The translations under genes and the position numbers were made by a program. Positions 58,212 through 64,000 of a stretch of 64,000 bases of DNA are shown piece by piece. How positions within the stretch are numbered: position 1 is the first letter of the stretch; each line of letters starts with the position of its first letter. The notes below the pieces were generated by a model. The model saw only the letters and a program-made list of their open reading frames with translations. It searched no databases and had not been told where the DNA came from. This DNA is from Candidatus Darwinibacter acetoxidans (GTDB lineage: Bacteria > Bacillota > Limnochordia > Darwinibacteriales > Darwinibacteriaceae), in NCBI GenBank assembly GCA_041936745.1, contig JBHGWS010000020.1, positions 294 through 64,293 on the forward strand, given 5' to 3'.

Positions 58212-58770
58212 ATTTGTGATCAAACTTTTTTGGGGACTTCGGGTCAGCGGTGTCGAAAATATCCCGGCGGAAGGCGGTGCCATTGTGGCCGCCAATCATG
58301 TAACTTGGTTCGATCCCCTACCGGTAGGAGCGGCGGTTAGGCGGCCGATTCATTTTATGGCTAAAGCAGAACTGTTTGAAAACCCTATTTTAGGCCGTGC
58401 CTTACCAAAACTGCATGCTTTTCCCGTAAAAAGGGGCGGCGCTGACCGCGGAGCCATTAGGCAAGCCCAAGCGGTAGTGACCGGCGGCGGCCTTTTAGGC
58501 ATCTTCCCGGAAGGTACTCGGGGCGGGGGAGAAAATGAACTATTGCCCCTACAGGGCGGGACAGCTTTTATTGCGTTAAAAACAGGGGTTCCCGTCATCC
58601 CGGTGGTGGTCAAGGGTGTTAAACCGCTGCGCTTTCGGCGGCCCATTACGGTTACAATTGGGCAGCCGATTCATTTGGGGAAACCGAAAAGAACTAACAG
58701 ACAAGAGGTGGATCGAGCCAGTAATTTGATTTCATCTCAATTTAGTGAGCTAATAAGCAGGAATAATTAA
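58183..58770 (+). CDS. plsC: 1-acyl-sn-glycerol-3-phosphate acyltransferase
   Basis: 195 aa; acyltransferase motifs NHVTWFDP and FPEGTR. Confidence 0.85.
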   Translation: MYRALVAVIRFVIKLFWGLRVSGVENIPAEGGAIVAANHVTWFDPLPVGAAVRRPIHFMAKAELFENPILGRALPKLHAFPVKRGGADRGAIRQAQAVVTGGGLLGIFPEGTRGGGENELLPLQGGTAFIALKTGVPVIPVVVKGVKPLRFRRPITVTIGQPIHLGKPKRTNRQEVDRASNLISSQFSELISRNN

Positions 58771-58848
58771 GCTGACGCAGAAATACAAACAGGGTGGATG
58801 CATTGTTTATAGTCTGCGGTTTGTAGGTATAATAAGGGAGGGGGAAAG

Positions 58849-61161
58849 GTGGAAATTGTATTGGCAGATGCCGCTGGTTTCTGCTTTGGTGTCAAAAGGG
58901 CTTTGGAATTAACATCCAAAGCAGTGGACGAAGCTTCCCAGGGCACTCCGATACACACGTTAGGTCCACTTATCCATAACCCACAGGTTGTTGCGAACCT
59001 CGCGGCCGCAGGGGTCCGGGTAATCGAACAACCTGGGGATGCAGGTTCAGGAGTAGTCATTGTTCGTTCACATGGTGTAGCACCGAAGGTTTTAAGCGAA
59101 TTACAAAGTGGTGAACTAGAAGTTATCGATGCCACATGTCCTTTTGTGCAACGGGCTATGCGTTGGGCAAGACAGTTGAAGGAAGAAGGGTATCAAGTTA
59201 TTATTGTTGGGGACCGGTTTCATCCCGAGGTACAAGCCATTTTGGGCTACACGGATGATACCGCACAAGTTGTGAGTACGCCTCAAGAAATCCGTAAGCT
59301 TCCGATTGCAAGACGCGTCGGTATTATTGCGCAAACTACTCAATCCAACGCCAATTTCAAGGCTTGCATCAATGAACTGATTGGCAGGGTTCAGGAGTTG
59401 AAAGCTTTTGATACCATCTGTACTGCTACCGAACAGCGGCAAACTTCGGCAAAGGAATTGGCCGCCCAAGTGGATGTTATGGTTGTTATTGGAGGCCGCA
59501 ATAGTGCCAACACGAAACGGTTGGCCGAATTATGCAAGGAGCGAGGAACGGCCACATATCATATTGAAACACCCGCCGAATTAAAATCTGAGTGGTTTAG
59601 CGGGGCAAAAAAGGTAGGAGTGACGGCCGGTGCCTCTACTCCGGACTGGTTAATTGAGGGGGTACTTACTAGAATGAGTGAATTTACAGAAGAAAAAGTA
59701 ACAGAAATCACCGAAGAGCAAGAACAAGAAGTAAAAGATGAAGTAACAGAGGCAGAAGAACAGGAAGATGTTGTAACGGCAGTTTCCGCCGATAACCTGG
59801 CTGAAGAGGAAGAAACAGAAGAGGTTGCGGCTGAAGATGGAGACGCTGCTGACGAGGCAGTGGCAGAAGAAGCGGAAGATGCAGTTGAACAAGGAGAAGA
59901 AACCGCGGAAGAAGAAGCGGAAGATGCAGTTGAGGAAGTAGAAGAAGCAGCAGTAGAAGAGGAAGAGGCGGTTGCCGAAGGGCTCAGTGAAGCTCAAATG
60001 AGTGAATACGATGTGAAAATGCCAACCGTCGGTGCCGTTGTCAAAGGGCGCATCGTTCAGATTTCTTCTGATGAGGTTTTAGTTGATATTGATTATAAAT
60101 CAGAGGGTCGAGTGCCATTTAACGAGCTGACTTTCCTGCCGAACGCGGATCCGAAAGAACTTGTCAGCGAAGGCGAAGAAATTATGGTCAAGGTCTTAAA
60201 GGTAGACGATGCGGAAGGTAACGTCCTTTTATCTAAAAGGCGCGCCGATGCCGATCTGGCCTGGGAAAGGCTTGAAAAACTCAACGCGGCCGGAGAGACC
60301 TTGGAAGCAAAAATTTTACAGACAGTGAAAGGCGGCCTCCTGGTTAATGTGGGCGTACGCGGTTTTATTCCCGCCAGCCACGTTTCCCGCGGCTTTGAAG
60401 AAGATTTAGAGCAGTATGTGGGCCAATCACTGGAACTTAAAATCATTGAACTCGACCGCTCGAAAAATAATGTAGTTTTTTCCCATAAAGAAGTGCTGGA
60501 AGAACGGTATCAAAAAGCGAAAGAAGAAGCCTTCGAAACTTTAGAGGTAGGGACAAAGGTCCCGGGAATTGTCCGCCGTATTACAGACTTTGGCGCTTTT
60601 GTAGATATCGGCAGCGGCGTGGAAGGCCTCTTACACGTTTCCGAAATGGCTTACTCTCGCGTCAATCATCCCTCGGATGTAGTTTCCGAAGATGAAGAGA
60701 TTACCGTTATGGTTTTGGGAGTGGATAAGGAGAGGGAGCGCATCTCCCTAGGCTTAAAGCAAACGATGCCGGATCCCTGGACAAAGGTTGCCGATAATTA
60801 TCATGTGGGCGATAAAGTAACGGGCGAGGTAACCAGAGTCGTGGACTTTGGCGCCTTCGTTAAACTGGAAGACGGCGTAGAGGGCTTGGTACACATCAGT
60901 GAATTGGCACACCGGCATGTGGCCAAAGCGGAAGATGTGGTGACCTCGGGCGAAGAAATAGAGGTTAAGGTAATCAGCGTCGATGCGGATGCGCGCCGGA
61001 TTGGGCTCAGCATTAAAGAGCTGGAACCTAAACCGGCACCGCGGCCTGCACCTAAAGCCAAACAGCAGCCGCAAACGGTGGAGGGAACCGACACGGACGA
61101 GTTAACAACCAATATAGGGGACGTTTTCGGCGATTTATTCAAAGAAGACAACGAGGAATAA
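58849..61161 (+). CDS. ispH/rpsA: bifunctional fusion: 4-hydroxy-3-methylbut-2-enyl diphosphate reductase (IspH/LytB) + acidic linker + four-S1-domain ribosomal protein S1
   Basis: 770 aa; residues 1-285 IspH with the three cluster-binding Cys; ~100-aa E/A/V-rich linker; then four S1 OB-fold domains. Confidence 0.9.
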   Translation: MEIVLADAAGFCFGVKRALELTSKAVDEASQGTPIHTLGPLIHNPQVVANLAAAGVRVIEQPGDAGSGVVIVRSHGVAPKVLSELQSGELEVIDATCPFVQRAMRWARQLKEEGYQVIIVGDRFHPEVQAILGYTDDTAQVVSTPQEIRKLPIARRVGIIAQTTQSNANFKACINELIGRVQELKAFDTICTATEQRQTSAKELAAQVDVMVVIGGRNSANTKRLAELCKERGTATYHIETPAELKSEWFSGAKKVGVTAGASTPDWLIEGVLTRMSEFTEEKVTEITEEQEQEVKDEVTEAEEQEDVVTAVSADNLAEEEETEEVAAEDGDAADEAVAEEAEDAVEQGEETAEEEAEDAVEEVEEAAVEEEEAVAEGLSEAQMSEYDVKMPTVGAVVKGRIVQISSDEVLVDIDYKSEGRVPFNELTFLPNADPKELVSEGEEIMVKVLKVDDAEGNVLLSKRRADADLAWERLEKLNAAGETLEAKILQTVKGGLLVNVGVRGFIPASHVSRGFEEDLEQYVGQSLELKIIELDRSKNNVVFSHKEVLEERYQKAKEEAFETLEVGTKVPGIVRRITDFGAFVDIGSGVEGLLHVSEMAYSRVNHPSDVVSEDEEITVMVLGVDKERERISLGLKQTMPDPWTKVADNYHVGDKVTGEVTRVVDFGAFVKLEDGVEGLVHISELAHRHVAKAEDVVTSGEEIEVKVISVDADARRIGLSIKELEPKPAPRPAPKAKQQPQTVEGTDTDELTTNIGDVFGDLFKEDNEE

Positions 61162-61175
61162 ACAATAACTAAAAA

Positions 61176-61207
61176 AACCTGTGGGCTTTGGCTCACAGGT
61201 TTTTTTC
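61176..61207 (+). terminator. rho-independent terminator after ispH-rpsA
   Basis: AAAAAAACCTGTGGGCTTTGGCTCACAGGTTTTTTTC. Confidence 0.6.
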
Positions 61208-61265
61208 ATGGATACTAGCAGCCTGCAGGGGAACACTAAAAAAAAGTGTTAATGGAGGGAATAAA

Positions 61266-61889
61266 ATGCCTGCAGGAGCAAGCCTTTTACTTGCAGCGGC
61301 CGCCTTAATCTACTTTGGTGTAGGGCAGCGGCTGCTCGACCGCCTGCGCCTAACCGACTCTCAGGCGTTGATTTTTATTGCTTTAATGATTGGGGGCAGC
61401 TTTATTACAATCCCCCTGAGTACGGGCCGTACGGGGATCAGCCTAAATGTGGGAGGCGGAATTATTCCTTTGGCCTTAGTCGCTTATCTTTTGATAAAAG
61501 CGGAAACCGCCAGGGAAAAAATCAGGGCAGTTGTGGCAGCCTTGGTCACCGCAGGGGTGGTCTTTGGGGTAAGCCAGCTGACAGATTTTGACCCGGCCAG
61601 CCGGGCCTTTTTGGATCCTCTTTGGCTTTTCAGCATTGTAGCCGGTATTGTAGGCTACCTGGCCGGTCGATCCAGGCGGGCTTCTTTTATTGCCGGTGTT
61701 TTAGGCATATTTCTAACCGACATCATCCATCTGGCCCGGGCTTTAGCGGCTGATCTGCCTACCCGGGTGGTTTTGGGGGGAGCGGGTGTTTTTGACAGCA
61801 TGGTTGTGGCGGGCTTAATTGCCATGGGCCTGGCGGAATTCGTCGGCGAAACGAGAGAAAGGCTGGCGGAAGGCGGTGAAGATCTATGA
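61266..61889 (+). CDS. polytopic membrane protein of unknown function (possibly DUF1614-like), co-transcribed with spoIIP
   Basis: ATG 61266 after GGAGGG; 6 TM; 4-nt overlap with spoIIP; occupies the slot held by gpr in B. subtilis. Confidence 0.5.
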   Translation: MPAGASLLLAAAALIYFGVGQRLLDRLRLTDSQALIFIALMIGGSFITIPLSTGRTGISLNVGGGIIPLALVAYLLIKAETAREKIRAVVAALVTAGVVFGVSQLTDFDPASRAFLDPLWLFSIVAGIVGYLAGRSRRASFIAGVLGIFLTDIIHLARALAADLPTRVVLGGAGVFDSMVVAGLIAMGLAEFVGETRERLAEGGEDL

Positions 61890-62938
61890 GGAAATTAACC
61901 TTAGTGATACTGGCGATCATCTTGGGCGGATTCTTCGCCCCGCAGGCTGCGGGGAAAGAAGAGGCCCCGGGCCATTACACTTTATACGATAGGGATGGCA
62001 GTGTAATTACCATGGCCGGCCGCGAATTGGATCCCGGCGATCATTATATTGCCGCGGACAACCGCCTTTTTGAAATTAAGGAGATCCGCGGGGTTGAAGT
62101 GTACGTGGAATACTTAGAAACAATTGAACTCCCCGCCATCAGCGAGGAGTTTTTGAAAACGCAAGCGGCAAAAGGAGGCGGTGTCATCGGTATTTACCAC
62201 ACCCATAACGCGGAATCATATGTGCCCACAAGCGGTACCGATGCTAAAGAAGACGGCAGGGGCGATATTTTAGCTGTAGGCAAGTCTTTGGCCGCTGCCC
62301 TGGAGCAGGCGGGCATTACCGCTCTTTGGTCCGAAAACAGCCACCTGCCCCACGATGGGCAGGCCTATTTGCGCTCTCGGCGGACAGCAGCCGAGCTTTT
62401 AAAGAAAGGCCCGGAGACATTAATTGACGTGCACAGGGATGCCACGCCACCGGAAGTGTACGAGGCGGAAGTGGAAGGAATGCCCGTAACCAAAGTGCGC
62501 TTGGTTGTGGGCAGGCAGAATCAAAATCGCGCCGCTAATTTAGAGTATGCCAAACGGATTAAAGCGGTAGCGGATAAACTTTATCCCGGGATCATTGAAG
62601 GAATCTTTGATGCCCGCGGTAATTATAATCAAGATTTAGGGCCAAAAATGATCCTTTTGGAATTCGGCGCCCATACCAATAAATTAGAGCATGCGGAGCA
62701 GGCCGCAAAACTGTTCGCTAAAGTTATCCCGGCGGCGGCGGGCCTGGGGACGGGGGAACAAACTGCTCAAAAACAGCTGGGCGGCGCCGCGGGCAGAGCC
62801 TTAGTTTGGCTGATAGCAGTCGCCGCAGTGGTAGGTATCGCCTTTGTTCTCATAGATCAAGGCAGGCTTGGTTCGCTGGGCGCATTTTTCAGGCGGGAAG
62901 CGGGCCTGGGTGAAGACGACGAACGGGAGCGGGACTGA
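61886..62938 (+). CDS. spoIIP: stage II sporulation protein P (engulfment peptidoglycan hydrolase)
   Basis: 350 aa; signal anchor; motifs IYHTHNAESY, DVHRD, VVGRQNQN, YPGIIEGI; followed by yqxA-like gene as in Bacillus. Confidence 0.85.
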   Translation: MRKLTLVILAIILGGFFAPQAAGKEEAPGHYTLYDRDGSVITMAGRELDPGDHYIAADNRLFEIKEIRGVEVYVEYLETIELPAISEEFLKTQAAKGGGVIGIYHTHNAESYVPTSGTDAKEDGRGDILAVGKSLAAALEQAGITALWSENSHLPHDGQAYLRSRRTAAELLKKGPETLIDVHRDATPPEVYEAEVEGMPVTKVRLVVGRQNQNRAANLEYAKRIKAVADKLYPGIIEGIFDARGNYNQDLGPKMILLEFGAHTNKLEHAEQAAKLFAKVIPAAAGLGTGEQTAQKQLGGAAGRALVWLIAVAAVVGIAFVLIDQGRLGSLGAFFRREAGLGEDDERERD

Positions 62939-63840
62939 TGGAGTACCTGGTGACCCTAGTAACCGCTTCCCTGGCCGGCTTTTTCGCCAGGTGGTACATG
63001 CTGCGGCGGGATTACCGCCAATATCCCAGCTATCCGCAGGGTTGGGCTGTTCATCTTTTCTTAGGGTTCATCGGCGCTCTGATCGGGGCAGTGATTGTGC
63101 CGGCATTTTTGGAAAAGGAATTTGCCGCAGTTTCCTTCCTGCTCTTGGCTGCATCGCAGTTTCGAGAAGTGCGCAGCGTGGAAAGGGATACTTTGAAAGC
63201 TGTGGAATCAACTGAAATGGTCAGCCGCGGCGATGCCTATATCGAGGGAATCGCCCGGGTTTTTGAAGCACGCAATTATCTGGCTATTTGGGTGTCTCTG
63301 GGAGTGGGCATTACCTCGGAATTTTTTAAAGGCCTCGGTATTTTGAGATTAAGTGCAGCCGCCTTGGTTGGCTTGGGCTTGGCGCATCTTTTAAACAGGT
63401 TGATGCGCGGGGATCTTATTGGGGATGTAGCCGGTGTGGAACTTGCCCAGATTAAATGGGAGGGGCCCCTTTTAACCATCGGGGACAAAATCATGACGAA
63501 CGTGGGGCTTGAAAAAGCACGTGAGATTTATAAAAAGAGGGGGTTGGCAGCAGTAATTAAACCCAAAAACCCTGATGCCAAAGCCACATTGGCTAACTTC
63601 GGCCAGATGCAGGCAATCGCCCATGATGTAGCGTCCATGGTCGGAATTTACATGGACGTGGAGGAACAGGAGTTTACCCCCCTTGTGCGCCGGGATGCAG
63701 CGACAGGCAGTTTATACTTTGTCATGCTTCCCTCTGAGGCAAATCCGGAGGCTTTTTTAGCAGCCATCCGCAGGGTGCCTGTTTTGGAAGGGGCAATCCG
63801 CAAACCACTGACGTCAACTGCCGGCAGGATGCTGGATTAA
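62938..63840 (+). CDS. yqxA: YqxA-like protein (membrane-anchored, conserved downstream of spoIIP)
   Basis: 300 aa; N-terminal TM helices; conserved spoIIP-yqxA synteny. Confidence 0.5.
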   Translation: MEYLVTLVTASLAGFFARWYMLRRDYRQYPSYPQGWAVHLFLGFIGALIGAVIVPAFLEKEFAAVSFLLLAASQFREVRSVERDTLKAVESTEMVSRGDAYIEGIARVFEARNYLAIWVSLGVGITSEFFKGLGILRLSAAALVGLGLAHLLNRLMRGDLIGDVAGVELAQIKWEGPLLTIGDKIMTNVGLEKAREIYKKRGLAAVIKPKNPDAKATLANFGQMQAIAHDVASMVGIYMDVEEQEFTPLVRRDAATGSLYFVMLPSEANPEAFLAAIRRVPVLEGAIRKPLTSTAGRMLD

Positions 63841-63850
63841 GGAGGGGAAG

Positions 63851-64000
63851 ATGGAAGTACGGGCGGTAAAAGAGATTATGGCGGTGATAGCCTTAGGCCC
63901 GGGGAAAGTAGGCAAAGGGGGTGCCCCGGTTTTCTTTGCGGCGGATAAAGAAGAACAGGCGTCACTTTCTTTGCTTTTAGCACGGCTTTTAGGCGGGGCA
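63851..64000 (+). CDS. unknown ORF, 3'-truncated by the window edge
   Basis: ATG 63851 after GGAGGGGAAG RBS; only 50 aa visible. Confidence 0.3.
   Translation, partial: MEVRAVKEIMAVIALGPGKVGKGGAPVFFAADKEEQASLSLLLARLLGGA

Noticed and set aside
59650-59997. GAA/GAG-rich repetitive tract, possible tandem repeat or CRISPR-like array; also a minus-strand 115-aa ORF
   Set aside because: It is the in-frame acidic linker of the ispH-rpsA fusion. Repeats are imperfect codon-level repeats, not spacer-repeat units. The minus ORF is an antisense artefact (poly-Phe/Leu).

Overview
Chromosomal core segment of a spore-forming Clostridia-class Firmicute (GC roughly 50-55%, low-GC-style RBSs, frequent 1-4 nt gene overlaps). 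From the sequence I can place, in order: a reduced dcw cell-wall/division cluster (mraZ' rsmH ftsL PBP murE murF mraY ftsW murA ftsQ ftsZ); the sporulation sigma locus with spoIIGA-sigE inverted against ftsZ, followed by sigG-spoIIR-ylmC; then nrdR, ftsK/spoIIIE, a short RodZ-like protein, hslO, a SpoIIP paralog, murC, a yqhG/SNF2-helicase pair, an ABC importer with two permeases and two tandemly duplicated family-5 SBPs but no ATPase genes, an F-type ATP synthase operon that stops after atpH (atpZ-I-B-E-F-H), rimO, pgsA, an unknown membrane protein coupled to a periplasmic-domain-less FtsH-like protease, cinA, a membrane metallophosphoesterase, a LexA box, recA, recX, rny, an unknown ORF, ymdB, spoVS, a dipeptidase, dodecin, an orphan GerA-family protein, a DUF2229 x2 + BadF/BcrA-type activase cluster, an M50 protease, scpAB, ytfI/ytfJ, rluB, cmk, plsC, an ispH-rpsA fusion, and canonical spoIIP-yqxA. 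I see no transposases, integrases, CRISPR arrays, rRNA or tRNA genes. The main things worth a second look are the rearranged sporulation sigma locus with the whole sigma-E activation pathway co-localised, the split atp operon, the FtsH-like module with its coupled partner, the DUF2229/activase cluster with a non-canonical start, and several lineage-specific unknown genes inserted into otherwise conserved operons.
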